Below, one piece after another: positions 21,612 through 31,294 of a stretch of 64,000 nucleotides of DNA. The notes under the pieces are model-generated. The model had not been told where the DNA came from, did not search any database, and saw only the letters and a program-made list of their open reading frames with translations. Position 1 is the stretch's first letter, and every line of letters begins with the position of its first letter. This DNA comes from Candidatus Krumholzibacteriia bacterium (GTDB lineage Bacteria > Krumholzibacteriota > Krumholzibacteriia > G020349025). Location of the stretch: NCBI GenBank assembly GCA_035649435.1, contig DASRJO010000063.1, positions 1,309-65,308 of the forward strand. Reading direction: 5' to 3'. The position numbers were made by a program, and so were the translations under genes.

Positions 21612-22271
21612 ATGAAGAAACTACTGCTATTGATGACGATGCTGCTCGCGATTCCAGGTTCGGCATGGGCGCAGGTCGAGTCGTGCCCCGGATGCGTGCT
21701 TGGCATCTACGACGCCGAGAATCTCAGCCAGAACTATGGGAGCTTCGGCGAATTCACCAAGACGATTTATCTCGGGATCAAATACGATCCGAACTCGACA
21801 TACGATGCGTGCACCGGCGTCGAGTTCAGCATCCAAGGTCTGCCGAATCTCTTGCTGCCGCCCCAGTTCAACATCCGTGACGGCGGCTTTGCCGTCGGCA
21901 CACAGACTCCGGTCGCGCCCGCGGACACGACGGCCATGGACGCGACGGGCGGCTGGAACGTGGTCTGGACCGAGTGCCAGCCGGGGAACAAGGTCCTGGT
22001 CGAGATCGTCATGGTGTCCTTCGACCCGATCCCGGAAAACACGGTGATTCGCGTCCTGCGCAAGTGGCCGCCGTCGAACGCGGAAACGCTGCAGACGCTG
22101 TTCACGCAGTGCAACGGTCCGATCTTTACGCTGACGACCTTGCCGGCCGACTGCTACGTTCTCAACGCGACGGGAAATCCCGGAGATCTCGTTGGGGACC
22201 CGCCCTGCGAGCTCAAGGGTGTCGCGGTCGAGGCGACGACATGGTCGGGGATCAAACAGCTGTTCCGCTGA
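21612..22271 (+). CDS. Cys-rich secreted protein of an uncharacterised family (paralog of 44113..44925).
   Basis: Signal peptide MKKLLLLMTMLLAIPGSAWA, 8 Cys residues, and a C-terminal ...ATTWSGIKQLFR. No recognisable domain. Confidence 0.6.
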   Translation: MKKLLLLMTMLLAIPGSAWAQVESCPGCVLGIYDAENLSQNYGSFGEFTKTIYLGIKYDPNSTYDACTGVEFSIQGLPNLLLPPQFNIRDGGFAVGTQTPVAPADTTAMDATGGWNVVWTECQPGNKVLVEIVMVSFDPIPENTVIRVLRKWPPSNAETLQTLFTQCNGPIFTLTTLPADCYVLNATGNPGDLVGDPPCELKGVAVEATTWSGIKQLFR

Positions 22272-22354
22272 GTCTCGGCGCCAAGGAACCGATTGCAGGG
22301 GGGAGCTTGCTCCCCCCTGTTGCGTTTCCGGCGAGCGAGCGCAGCCGAGCCTCG

Positions 22355-23563
22355 CTGCATTTTTTCCCGGCGGGCCTGCGACGCAAGACGCAGCGCGACC
22401 GCTGCGTCGCCCTCGCGGCGTCCATCGCCTGGCTCGCGAGCGCGTGCGCGCCGCCGCCATCCCCGGACAACGTGTCACCGGATCGAGTGGCCGAGCTGCG
22501 CGCCCAGGCGCATGACGAACAGGAGCGCGGCGATGTTGCAGCCGCCATTGCCACCTTGCAGCAGGCGGTTCAAGTCGCGCCGCGCGATGTCGATGCATGG
22601 ATCGAGCTCGGTCAGGCGCTGGATGCGAGCGAGGATCGGCAAGGCGCCATCCGTTGCTATGAGAGCGCGATTCGCGCCAATCCCGATCGTTACGAACCGC
22701 ACCTGAATCTCGCCATCGCGCTGATGCGACAGGGCGTCACCGGCCGCGCCCAGAGCGAGCTCGACGAAGCCGTGAGCGCGGCGCCCGCCAATCCGCTCGT
22801 GCATTGGAACTATGGTGCGGCGTTGGCGCAGGTGGGAAAATTCGCGCCGGCGCGCCTGCATCTCGAGCAGGCGTTGCGGCTGGATCCTGGTTTCGGTCCG
22901 GCGGCGGCCGAGCTGGGGCGGATCGAAGCGTTGGCGGGAGAGTCCGGCCCGGCGCTCGCACACTTCGCGCGTGCCGACAGCCTCGGGGTCGTGACACCCA
23001 CGTTTCGCGCCAACTTCGGCGCGGCGCTGCTGCAGTCGGGGCGGCCGGCCGAGGCCGCAGTGCAGCTGCGCCAAGCGATCGCGGCGGATTCGACGCATGC
23101 CGGTGTATGGAACCACCTCGGCGTGGCGGAGCTGCGCAACGGCCGGCCCGAAGAAGCCGAACGAGCATTCTCGAGCGCGCGCCGGCTCGGCCCCAAGGAC
23201 GAGGACGTGCGCTTCAATCTCGCCAGTCTGTACGTGCAGCAGCAACGCTGGGATGCGGCGATCGCAGTGCTGGAGCAACCGCGGCCGCAGCGCGCCAACC
23301 TGTTGGCGCTCTTGGGCCTCGCGCTGCGCGGCGCCGGGCGCAGAGAAGCGGCGCTGCAATGCTTGGCCGAGGCTGCGGCCGGAACGCCGCGCGATCCGAA
23401 CATCCTCAACAATTACGGTGTACTCTTGGCCGAGTCCGGCGACACCGCGCGGGCGCTCGAGGTCTGGCGAGCGGTCTTGGACCTAGACCCGGCGAACCGC
23501 ATCGCGCGCGAGAATCTGACCGCGCGCGGCCAGAACCCCGACGAGCCGGCGCGGAAGGAGTAG
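22355..23563 (+). CDS. TPR-repeat lipoprotein.
   Basis: Lipobox IAWLASAC followed by 8 or more TPR repeats. The start codon is uncertain: there is no in-frame ATG upstream of the signal peptide, so CTG or another non-ATG start is assumed. Confidence 0.5.
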   Translation: MHFFPAGLRRKTQRDRCVALAASIAWLASACAPPPSPDNVSPDRVAELRAQAHDEQERGDVAAAIATLQQAVQVAPRDVDAWIELGQALDASEDRQGAIRCYESAIRANPDRYEPHLNLAIALMRQGVTGRAQSELDEAVSAAPANPLVHWNYGAALAQVGKFAPARLHLEQALRLDPGFGPAAAELGRIEALAGESGPALAHFARADSLGVVTPTFRANFGAALLQSGRPAEAAVQLRQAIAADSTHAGVWNHLGVAELRNGRPEEAERAFSSARRLGPKDEDVRFNLASLYVQQQRWDAAIAVLEQPRPQRANLLALLGLALRGAGRREAALQCLAEAAAGTPRDPNILNNYGVLLAESGDTARALEVWRAVLDLDPANRIARENLTARGQNPDEPARKE

Positions 23564-23566
23564 GGC

Positions 23567-24532
23567 ATGGATCGCAACCTCGCGCTCGAGTTGGTGCGTG
23601 TCACCGAAGCTGCCGCGCTCTCGGCCGCGCGCTGGATGGGAAAAGGCGATGGCTTGCAAGCGGATGCAGCTGCCTTCGAAGCCATGCGCAAGGCGCTCGA
23701 ATCCGTCAACATCCGTGCCGGTGTCTGCGTCGGGCGGCCCTCCTTGTCGGGGGACGATGCATTCGCCGAAGGGCGCCAGATCGGCGCCGATGACGCAGGC
23801 AACGTCCAGCTCGATCTGGCGCTCGATCCACTGGAATGCGTCGACAGCGTCGCCACCGGGCGCACGAACGCCATGAGCGTCGTGGCCGTGAACACCGATC
23901 GCACCTTCTTGCGCGGCTCTTCCGGTCTCTACATGGACAAGATCGCCGTCGGCCCGGAAGCGGCCGGCAAGATCGACCTCGGGGCCTCGCCACTCGAGAA
24001 CCTGGTCAATGTCGCATCGGCGAAGCGCTGCTATGTCGAGGATCTCACCGTGGCCATTCTCGAACGCGAACGGCATGCGAGCCTCATCCGGCAAGTGCGC
24101 GAGGCGGGCGCACGCATCCACCTCATCTCCGACGGGGATCTCGCGGCATCGGTGGCGACGGCGATCGGTGACTCCGGCGTCGATGTGCTGATGGGGATCG
24201 GTTCGGCGCTGGCGGCGGTACTGGCGGGCGCGGCGCTGGCTTGCGTCGGCGGCGACATGCAGTGCCGCTTGGTCCCCGTCCTCGCCGGGGACGAGGAACG
24301 TATCCACAAGCTGACCGGCGGGCGTGCCAACCACAAGTACGGTCTGCCCGATCTGGTGGGAGATGGCAGCGTCATGTTCGCCGCCACCGGCATCACCGAC
24401 GGGGACGTGTTGCGCGGCGTGCACTTCCGCAAGGGCGGCGCGGCCACCCACTCCGTGGTCATGCGACGGCGGTCAGGAACGATCCGCTTCATTCATGCCA
24501 ATCATTTCTTCGAGCGCAAGCCCCGTTATTGA
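23567..24532 (+). CDS. glpX: Fructose-1,6-bisphosphatase class II.
   Basis: A GGAAGGAG ribosome-binding site precedes the ATG. The protein begins MDRNLALELVRVTEAAALSAARWMGKGD and matches GlpX family motifs over its full length. Confidence 0.85.
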   Translation: MDRNLALELVRVTEAAALSAARWMGKGDGLQADAAAFEAMRKALESVNIRAGVCVGRPSLSGDDAFAEGRQIGADDAGNVQLDLALDPLECVDSVATGRTNAMSVVAVNTDRTFLRGSSGLYMDKIAVGPEAAGKIDLGASPLENLVNVASAKRCYVEDLTVAILERERHASLIRQVREAGARIHLISDGDLAASVATAIGDSGVDVLMGIGSALAAVLAGAALACVGGDMQCRLVPVLAGDEERIHKLTGGRANHKYGLPDLVGDGSVMFAATGITDGDVLRGVHFRKGGAATHSVVMRRRSGTIRFIHANHFFERKPRY

Positions 24533-24706
24533 CCAGGTCTCCCCGATGCTCATTGGGGGCAATTCCCCTCTCGCCCCGCCGCATCGACCGCCTGCAAGAC
24601 GTGCGTGGCTCCAGGCGGCACGGGATTCCAGGCCCTGGATCGAAAGTCGAGCCGAGAACTACAATGAGGCGGAGCGCCCTCGCGGCCGCGGTGAATGGAG
24701 GTCAGG

Positions 24707-26206
24707 ATGCCTCTCGATGCGGAGAAAAAGCGGCTCGAAGCAAGGCTCCTCGGCCTGCTGCAGCAAGCGCTGAACGAACGCAACCGCGACGACATCGTCA
24801 CCACTTCGCTCGACCTGGGTGCGCTGTATCTCTCCGGCGATCTGTACGACCGCGCGGAGGAATGCTTCCGCCGCGTGCTCGAGGAACCCGTGAAGCGCCT
24901 GGCCAAGGGCGACGAGAAGGCACTGGCCGAAGCCGGGCTGGCGCAGGTGATGCTCGTGCGCGGACATTTGACCTTGGCGCGCGAGGCGCTCGAGCGCGCC
25001 GAACGTGCCGTCACCGGCGCCGACGCGGTGCTGCTCGAGATTCGCAAGCTGCAGTGCCAGCGCGACCTGCACGTCGGCGTCTATCGCGACGTCGTCGATG
25101 CCATCGAAGCGACGCTCGACCGCGAGACGGCCGAGACGTTGGGCGATGGGAGAATCGACTTCATGGTCCTCGAGGGACGCGCGCGCCAGCTCCTTGGGCG
25201 TCACCGGCAAGCGCAGCGCTTGTTGGAGAAAGCGCTGGAGCTGGCACAGAGCACCGGCTACGAAGCCGGCGCCGCCAATGCGCGCAGCGAGCTCGGCGTT
25301 CTCCTGGTCATCCTGGGTCAATTCAAACGCGCGCACGATCACCTGGACGAAACGCTGCGCAGCGACGAAGGCGCAGGAAGTCTGTACCGCCTCGATCGCG
25401 ACCGTCGCCGGCTGGGGACGCTGTTCCTGCACATGGGGCGCTGGCAAGAAGCCGCGAAGCTGCTGCGCGAATCGTACGAATCGGCGCGCGATCTGCGTTC
25501 GCTCGAGAACCGCTTGAGCAGCCAGCTGGGCGAATCGGAGCTGCTGGCCTTGCGCGGTGATCTGGACGAAGCGCGGGACCGGGCCCTGGATGCAATGGAA
25601 GTCGCGCGTGCCGCCGGATTCGTGCGCTTGCAAGTGGAAGGCCTGGCATTGCTGGCGTTGGCCGCGGTGGAATCCAAGCATGCGCGCGAGGCGCTGGACT
25701 TCCTGCGCGAAGCCGAGGCTTTGTATTCACGCCTGGCGCCCGAGAGTCCGACGATGGTGCAGATCCAGGCGCTGTTCGGGCGCGCGCACGACTTGGCCGG
25801 TGAACCCGCGCCGGCCCTCGAGCGTTTGATGCGCGCGCACAACCTGGCGCGCGAGACGGGGAATGTCTACGACCGCCATCGCATCGACAGCTGCTTGGGC
25901 TCGCACTACGCCAGCCAGGGGGCCGAAGACAAAGCGGCGGGATTGCTGTCGAAGGCGGCGGCGGAGCTCGGCTCGCTCGGCGCGAAGTACGAAGTCGCCG
26001 TGGCGCGTCTTCGCTTCGCCCAGTTGCTCGTCGGCACGAATCGCGTGCGCGGCGCTGCCGAGCGGGCGCGCGAGACCAAGCTGGCGCGCTCCAACCTGTT
26101 CGAGGCCCGGCGCCTGTTCGAGGCCATGGGTGCCGCGTCACGCCTCGCCGAAGTCGCGGCGCTGGAGTCGCGCCTGCATCAGGAACCGGCGACGTCGGCC
26201 GATTGA
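24707..26206 (+). CDS. TPR/helical-repeat protein (hypothetical).
   Basis: The sequence GAATGGAGGTCAGG ATG places a ribosome-binding site before the second ATG. About 500 aa of TPR-like repeats with no other domain. Confidence 0.5.
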   Translation: MPLDAEKKRLEARLLGLLQQALNERNRDDIVTTSLDLGALYLSGDLYDRAEECFRRVLEEPVKRLAKGDEKALAEAGLAQVMLVRGHLTLAREALERAERAVTGADAVLLEIRKLQCQRDLHVGVYRDVVDAIEATLDRETAETLGDGRIDFMVLEGRARQLLGRHRQAQRLLEKALELAQSTGYEAGAANARSELGVLLVILGQFKRAHDHLDETLRSDEGAGSLYRLDRDRRRLGTLFLHMGRWQEAAKLLRESYESARDLRSLENRLSSQLGESELLALRGDLDEARDRALDAMEVARAAGFVRLQVEGLALLALAAVESKHAREALDFLREAEALYSRLAPESPTMVQIQALFGRAHDLAGEPAPALERLMRAHNLARETGNVYDRHRIDSCLGSHYASQGAEDKAAGLLSKAAAELGSLGAKYEVAVARLRFAQLLVGTNRVRGAAERARETKLARSNLFEARRLFEAMGAASRLAEVAALESRLHQEPATSAD

Positions 26207-26250
26207 CCGAGCGCGGCAGGGTCATCGCGGCCCCATGCGGCGACGACTTC

Positions 26251-28053
26251 CTATTGCAAGATGGTGAAAGCCGTGCGCTGTGTGGCGCGCCCGCCGCCGA
26301 CGAGATCCACCACCGTGAGCTCCAAATCGTAGATGTCTTCGTCGAGCGTCGCGATGTCGACACGCAGGTCCTCGACGATCTCGCTCGCACCGCCTTCGTA
26401 GGTGAAGGTGGCGGTGACGAACGGGCGTTTCATTTTTCCTTCGGGCGGGAACCAGCCATCGGCCCGTCGGAGGCTGCGGGGCACAATGCTGTAGGTCACC
26501 TGGTAGCGGCAGACGCCGTTCGCATCGAGGTCGAGGCCGTAGATCTCGTACAGCCCCAGCAAAGGTCCGCTGCGCCGATACACACCGATCGGATTCGGCA
26601 CGACCAGACGGTCCTTCTTGACGAAGCGGGGATGCCAGCTCGGATCGGCGTAGATGATCTTCGTCGCCATTTCGACGTCGGAGAGCGCCAGTTCACGGCC
26701 ATCGAGGCGCGGCACGTCGAGATCGGTGAGGTACGTGCCCTCGCCCCTGCCCCCCGCATCGGCGATCCGCACCGCCAGACGGTAGGCGCCCTCGGCAACA
26801 TCGAACTGCAGCTGCCCCGGATACAAGCGGTCGTCCAGCGTGCTGCGGAATTCGGCGGCGGTGAGGTTCTCGCTGTAACTGTCGCGCGCGATCTCGCGCG
26901 CTTGGTGGTCGAGGAGCACGCCCTCGGCGACGTAACGGCTCACGTACAACGAATCCTGCCAGCCGAACGTCAAGTCTTGGATGTTGAATTGATAGTGCAC
27001 TTCGATGCGCATGCGTCCGACGGGACCCTTGAACACGTCGACATCGAACACGAACCATAGGCGCGGGCGCGGCTCGCCTTGCATCCAGAATCGGTCGCGC
27101 CCCGCATCGTATTCCTTCTGGAACGCCCACACCGCTTCGTCACGCTTGCGCAACATCTCGCGGGCGCGGAAGTCGTTGCGCACCTCGTGCTCGATGATCT
27201 CGGGATCGAGCTGACTGTCCTGCAGATCTTTCTGCGCCAGGATGCGACGCTCCTCGTCCTGTCCGAGCAGATCGCTCTTGCGATCGCGCCCGCTGGCCGT
27301 GTGCTGGTCGGTGGCGGCGAAGCCGAGCCGCCGCAGCTCGTCGCGCACCACATCGGGCCGGCGCGACAGGCGCACCGGGGCGCCCAGCACCCACGGGCCA
27401 CGCGGCTTGGGGCGCTCGAAGGCGGCGACCCAAGCCTCGTCGATGTACAGCCAATCTTGCCGCGCCGGCACGTAGCCGAGACCGTGCTCCACGTCGGCGC
27501 CTTCTTCGATGATGGAGTCCGGGGCGCCGAATTGAATCAACACCGTGCCGCGCGCGTCCCAGCCGGGTGGCTCTTTGGCGGCGAATTCTCGCTGCGCCGT
27601 CTCGAGCCGGCGCTCGTGCTCGGCACGCCGCTCGTTCGCCGGCGTCGTCGGTGTCGGATCGCGCAGGCGCCAGAAGCGTCGAACCCACTCGACGCGCAGC
27701 GAGTCGTTGGAAAAGCCCAAGAACTGGGTGCGCAACGTCGGGCTCAGAATGGGCTCGAGCCCGAAGTACAGGGTGCGCATCTCCGGCCCGAGCCGGTCGG
27801 GCTTCAGTTCGGGGTCGTGCGAGAACAGCGAGTCCTCGGCCACGAGCGTGCGCAAATAGTTTTCGAGCGGCCGGACGCCGGCGCGGGTCGAGCGCCAGCG
27901 ATCGCTCATCTCCAGCAGCTTGTCGGTATTGCTGCCGCGAGACGGCCGCACGATCCCGAGCGAGAGGCCGAGAAGCAGGAGCAGGGCGAGGATTGGCAGG
28001 CAGCGCACGGGGTTCCTTCGCGAATCGACCCCGCGAGAGGGGGCACACGACAC
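26251..28053 (-). CDS. GWxTD domain-containing secreted protein.
   Basis: GTG start, signal peptide LPILALLLLLGLSLG, and a PPGWDARGT motif that fits GWxTD. About 600 aa. Confidence 0.5.
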   Translation of the reverse strand: MSCAPSRGVDSRRNPVRCLPILALLLLLGLSLGIVRPSRGSNTDKLLEMSDRWRSTRAGVRPLENYLRTLVAEDSLFSHDPELKPDRLGPEMRTLYFGLEPILSPTLRTQFLGFSNDSLRVEWVRRFWRLRDPTPTTPANERRAEHERRLETAQREFAAKEPPGWDARGTVLIQFGAPDSIIEEGADVEHGLGYVPARQDWLYIDEAWVAAFERPKPRGPWVLGAPVRLSRRPDVVRDELRRLGFAATDQHTASGRDRKSDLLGQDEERRILAQKDLQDSQLDPEIIEHEVRNDFRAREMLRKRDEAVWAFQKEYDAGRDRFWMQGEPRPRLWFVFDVDVFKGPVGRMRIEVHYQFNIQDLTFGWQDSLYVSRYVAEGVLLDHQAREIARDSYSENLTAAEFRSTLDDRLYPGQLQFDVAEGAYRLAVRIADAGGRGEGTYLTDLDVPRLDGRELALSDVEMATKIIYADPSWHPRFVKKDRLVVPNPIGVYRRSGPLLGLYEIYGLDLDANGVCRYQVTYSIVPRSLRRADGWFPPEGKMKRPFVTATFTYEGGASEIVEDLRVDIATLDEDIYDLELTVVDLVGGGRATQRTAFTILQ

Positions 28054-28108
28054 GACGAAAAATACTGTGCTCCAGGGGATGGGTCAAACCGGGCCCTGCC
28101 GGCTTGGC

Positions 28109-28867
28109 TCAGGCCTCCGGCTCGCGCTGCGTGACCGCCCAGAGCGTCTGGCGCCACAGGCCACGCAGCGCGGCGATTTCGTCGTGCCGGGGGCGGCCAC
28201 GCGCAAGCAGGTGGCGGATGTCACGCAATGCATGCTCCACGGTTTCGGGTCGCGCGTAGCCGATCGCCAGCATCACCTTTCGCAGCTGTTCGAACTGAGC
28301 TTCGATCTCGGCTGCGGTGGCTTCCGGTTCCCGCACATCCGTGAACCCTGGGGAATCGAGCGCGGCTTGGTACAGCTCGTACGCGACGATGACAACCGCC
28401 TGCGCCAGGTTGAGCGATGGGTGCGCGCGTACCGCCGGGATGTGCAGAACATCCTGACATTGGTCGATCTCACTGCCGCTCAACCCATCGCGTTCGGGAC
28501 CGAAGACGATCGCCAGCGGCCGGCGCGCCGGGGATGCCTGCACCGCGGCGGCGAAGGCGTGCGGCGTGTACGACGCCGGCCGGCGCTCCCCGGTGCGGCG
28601 AGTGGTGCCGACGCTCCAGCGGCAATCGGCGAGAGCAGCGCCCAAGGTGTCGACGGTGTGTGCGGCGGCGAGCACATCCTCGGCGTTGTGCGCCAGGCGG
28701 ACGGCCTCGGCCTGGTCGGTGAGTTGCGGCGCGACCAGCACCAGCTCGGACAGACCCATGTTCTTGAGCGCGCGCGCGGCCGCACCGACATTGCCGCCAG
28801 AAGTCGGGCTCACGAGGACGAAACGGATGGACGCGAGGCGTTGCATCGCACCCCAAAGAGGAATCAA
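28109..28867 (-). CDS. trmJ: tRNA (cytidine/uridine-2'-O)-methyltransferase, SpoU class (TrmJ-like).
   Basis: MQRLASIRFVLVSPTSGGNVGAAARALKNMGLSELVLVAP matches the TrmJ N-terminal signature and the SPOUT fold. Confidence 0.7.
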   Translation of the reverse strand: MIPLWGAMQRLASIRFVLVSPTSGGNVGAAARALKNMGLSELVLVAPQLTDQAEAVRLAHNAEDVLAAAHTVDTLGAALADCRWSVGTTRRTGERRPASYTPHAFAAAVQASPARRPLAIVFGPERDGLSGSEIDQCQDVLHIPAVRAHPSLNLAQAVVIVAYELYQAALDSPGFTDVREPEATAAEIEAQFEQLRKVMLAIGYARPETVEHALRDIRHLLARGRPRHDEIAALRGLWRQTLWAVTQREPEA

Positions 28868-30600
28868 CGCGCGTCGGGGGTGATGCTGATGCCCCAGTTG
28901 TCATAGCGCGTGGGCTTTTCTTCGTTCCATTGGTTCCATGCATGCGAGTCATCGGTGACGTAATGGACTTCGTACTCGCCGGCGTCGAGCATGATGGTGC
29001 CATTGAAGATCCGGTTCTTCTCGGCGCCGCCAGCATGGCGCGTGTTGCGCATGGTCATTTCCCACACCCACTGGCCGCTCGGTACGGCTTCGATCCAGCC
29101 GTAGTCGTGCATTTCGCTGTACATCCCCTCGCCCAGAGCGAGGATGTGCACGCGCCCTGGCTTCGCCATGGTGAAACGCTGGCGCAGGTGCTGGCTGTTG
29201 CGCACGCGCACCAATCGCGCCAGAGTGTCCTTGCCTTCCTCGCTGCGCGACGCCGGATCGAAGGTCTTGAAGTCATTGGCTCCGAGATCCACGGGCGACA
29301 TCAAGGAGATGCCCCAACGGCGCGCATCGCACGGTGGCGAGGCGTTCCAAGCGCCCCAGGCGTGCGAGTCATCGGTGACGTAGGACACCACGTAGTCGCC
29401 CGGCGCGAACTGCACCATCTCGTCGGCGATGCGATTCTTCTGCGCGCCACCGGCGTGGTGCGTGTTGGCTTCGGTCATGCTCCAGAGATTGTCGCCGCCG
29501 AAATGGTCGATCTGGCCGTAGTCGACGAATTCGTGACCGCCGTGTTCGCCGATGCAATAGACGCGCAAGCGCGTGGGCTTGCGCAGCGTGAGGCCGATGC
29601 TGGCGGTGCGGCCATCGCCGATCCGGATCAAGGACACCAGCGTGCGCGCGGCGTCGTCGGCGTCGGTGTACTTGCCGATGCGCGCAGCTTGGGCCTCCGA
29701 GTCCGCCGTCAACATCATGCCCCAGCCGTCGGGGTCGTGCGGCGGCGGCGCGTTCCACGAATCGTGGCTGTGCGAGTCGTCGGTCGCATACGACGCGACG
29801 TAAGCACCCGCCGGGAGCGTGATGATCTCGCGGCTCACCTTGTTCTTGCTGTCCCCGCCGCCATGCTTGAAGTTGTCGGGACCGAATTCCCACACCACTT
29901 CCCGCGTCTCGGCGTCCATGATGCAGCCGCCGTCCACCGCGCCGCGGTCCCGATCGGCGAACTCGCCCTGACAATAGACCGTGATGCGCATGCGTTCGGG
30001 CAGGCGAAAGCCGTGGCTTTCGAACGCATCGTTGCCCATCGGCGTGAGATCGACGAACCGCCGCACCTCCTCGACCGGCGGCGGGTCGTGCTGGACCTCC
30101 ACTGCCGTGACCAGGGCGTCGTCCACTGCCAGGCGCAGGCCCCAACGCTTGCTCTCGCGCGGCTTCTTGCCGTCGCGCTTGATGTAGATCCGCGCCAGGT
30201 CCTTGCCGAACAAGTGGATGGTGCGATAGTGCTGGGTGAACGGAGCGAAATAAGCGGTGTAGTCGCCGGCGGGGAGCTGCAGGTCGCCCTTCCACGAGTA
30301 ATTGGTGCCGGGGCCACGGCCCGATTCGTCGGTGTCGAGCTGCCATACGACTTGGCGGCTGCGCCGGTCGAGGATCCAGCCGTAGGCGTAGAGATCCCCG
30401 TGCTCGGGATCGCCGGCACCTTCGGCCTCGACGTGGACGGTGACATCACGGCGCAAACGGAACGGGACGGAATGCAATTCGTCGAGCTCGACCTTTTCGA
30501 TGCGGACGAATTCGGCTGCGATCGTCGTCGATGCGCAGCCTATCGCGCCCAGAAGAAAAAGGGCAACGACTGGACGCGGCGGTCTCGGACACAAGGACAT
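28864..30600 (-). CDS. Lipoprotein built from 4 tandem repeats of about 130 aa each (uncharacterised repeat family).
   Basis: Start MSLCPRPP with lipobox LLGAIGC. The repeats share the pattern YGWI..(W)VWE..T.HAGGA.KNR...L.AG.Y...Y.TDDSH(A)..WN..PP.D..WG. Confidence 0.6.
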   Translation of the reverse strand: MSLCPRPPRPVVALFLLGAIGCASTTIAAEFVRIEKVELDELHSVPFRLRRDVTVHVEAEGAGDPEHGDLYAYGWILDRRSRQVVWQLDTDESGRGPGTNYSWKGDLQLPAGDYTAYFAPFTQHYRTIHLFGKDLARIYIKRDGKKPRESKRWGLRLAVDDALVTAVEVQHDPPPVEEVRRFVDLTPMGNDAFESHGFRLPERMRITVYCQGEFADRDRGAVDGGCIMDAETREVVWEFGPDNFKHGGGDSKNKVSREIITLPAGAYVASYATDDSHSHDSWNAPPPHDPDGWGMMLTADSEAQAARIGKYTDADDAARTLVSLIRIGDGRTASIGLTLRKPTRLRVYCIGEHGGHEFVDYGQIDHFGGDNLWSMTEANTHHAGGAQKNRIADEMVQFAPGDYVVSYVTDDSHAWGAWNASPPCDARRWGISLMSPVDLGANDFKTFDPASRSEEGKDTLARLVRVRNSQHLRQRFTMAKPGRVHILALGEGMYSEMHDYGWIEAVPSGQWVWEMTMRNTRHAGGAEKNRIFNGTIMLDAGEYEVHYVTDDSHAWNQWNEEKPTRYDNWGISITPDAR

Positions 30601-30857
30601 GCGGGATTCGACCATCCTGGCGGGACCGTGGCCCAACACACTGGCTCGCGTGGGCTTGCCGCGATTTGGGCGCCTGTCGTCCCCTACGCCGTGTCAGCCC
30701 GAAAGGTTTCCGGCAGCGAGGCCGGAGTCTACCAAGCTTCGGGCCGCGGGCCGGGCGGAGTTGAGCATGGATCCTCCACTGGATCAAGAGCTTGAAGAGC
30801 CTGGCGCGAGCCGGCCTGGCGTTGACAGTGGCGGGAGGGCCCCCGTAGGGTGGGTCT

Positions 30858-31211
30858 TCAGGCGTCCGAGACCGCGCTGCCGGTGACCTCGGTGATGATC
30901 TCGAGCGCGGCCTGGGCCATGCCCCGGTGGACGTAGAGACGGGTGAGCGAGAGCGGCGAAGGGACGTTCAGCGACAGCAGGCCTGCACCCGGCGCCTTCA
31001 CCTTCAGGCAGTGGATGCCTTCGTTCTGCAGCAACGTCTCGATCATCTCGGCGTCGTACAGTGCATTCGTCGTGTACACGAGCTGCAGGCGGCCGCGCGG
31101 TTTTCCCTGCGCCAGGCGTTCCCAGCAATCGGGACAGACATCGTAAGCCGGCGGGAACTCACGGTGGCAGTCGGGGCAGTGCAGCAAAGCGTTCTCCTCC
31201 AGCTCGGGCAT
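30858..31211 (-). CDS. Small zinc-ribbon protein with a DUF2007-like domain.
   Basis: MPELEENALLHCPDCHREFPPAYDVCPDCW contains a CxxC...CxxC zinc ribbon, followed by RLQLVYTTNALYDAEMIETLLQNEGIHCLKV, which is DUF2007-like. Confidence 0.4.
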   Translation of the reverse strand: MPELEENALLHCPDCHREFPPAYDVCPDCWERLAQGKPRGRLQLVYTTNALYDAEMIETLLQNEGIHCLKVKAPGAGLLSLNVPSPLSLTRLYVHRGMAQAALEIITEVTGSAVSDA

Positions 31212-31294
31212 GTGCGCGCAATGCCGCGCGCTACTCGCCAGTATAGGCCATCGCGCGGAGTGGCGGGGACGCTCCGCGCTGCGAAGCGAGGGTG

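Noticed and set aside
28930-30795. 621-aa plus-strand ORF antisense to the 4-repeat lipoprotein.
   Set aside because: It has no periodicity or motifs, whereas the minus-strand frame shows a conserved 4-fold repeat and a lipobox.
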